A DNA stretch of 41,962 bases from an uncultured Solirubrobacter sp. (GTDB lineage: Bacteria > Actinomycetota > Thermoleophilia > Solirubrobacterales > Solirubrobacteraceae), in NCBI GenBank assembly GCA_937871635.1, contig CALMNS010000008.1, forward strand, positions 1 to 41,962, in the 5' to 3' direction. Under the pieces are notes generated by a model. The model was not told where the DNA came from. It saw only the letters and a list, made by a program, of their open reading frames with translations, and did no database searches. Each line of letters opens with the position of its first letter. Position 1 is the first letter of the stretch. Both the position numbers and the translations under genes were made by a program. Shown here in pieces: positions 41,841 to 41,962 of this stretch.

Positions 41841-41962
41841 ATGACCCTCATCACGAACGACTTCGGTGACCGGACCACCGCGCTGGAGGTCGTCGACGGC
41901 CTCGACCTGACCGGTCGGCGCGCCATCGTCACCGGCGCCGCCTCGGGCATCGGCGTCGAGAC
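41841..41962 (+). CDS. SDR-family oxidoreductase (5' part; runs off window)
   Basis: Own translation from ATG 41841: MTLITNDFGDRTTALEVVDGLDLTGRRAIVTGAASGIGVE, with the TGxxxGxG Rossmann motif. Divergent from the TetR gene. Confidence 0.7.
   Translation, partial: MTLITNDFGDRTTALEVVDGLDLTGRRAIVTGAASGIGVE

Noticed and set aside
1-41962. rRNA, tRNA, CRISPR arrays, prophage or defence-island genes, and secondary-metabolite megasynthases.
   Set aside because: The window has no cloverleaf-like or rRNA-like low-GC structured stretches and no repeat-spacer arrays. None of the ORFs shows nuclease/ATPase defence signatures, phage structural proteins, or PKS/NRPS domains. The only tandem repeats are the 9-bp coding repeat and the heptamer tract.

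Overview
Very high-GC (by eye >70%) actinobacterial-type chromosomal DNA. It is densely coded on both strands, with about 45 intact CDSs. The content is a patchwork of small modules, each a one-component regulator plus redox, hydrolase or transporter genes. Regulators seen are LysR x2, PadR, MmyB-like x2, HxlR, TetR x4, Rrf2, GlxA/AraC and MarR. Many adjacent genes overlap by 4 bp (ATGA or GTGA), which suggests translational coupling. I found no rRNA, tRNA, CRISPR array, transposase, integrase or phage genes, and no recognisable defence, secretion or RiPP/NRPS/PKS system. Three things stand out. (1) Gene decay is unusually dense: 7-8 relics or pseudogenes. One is a chimeric scar at 28713-28920 made of a TetR fragment joined to an SDR fragment, each about 93% identical to an intact gene elsewhere in this window. 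(2) A translationally coupled envelope-lipid operon at 12412-15744 encodes a PAP2-like protein, an orphan response regulator, an MprF-flippase-like membrane protein and DedA. (3) A cluster at 33700-40936 encodes a CoA ligase, a ThDP enzyme, two alpha/beta hydrolases (one fused to SCP2), a divergent phosphotriesterase-like lactonase and a TetR. Its substrate cannot be read from the sequence. All family assignments come from reading the translated ORFs for motifs. No searches were run, and identity counts were made by eye.
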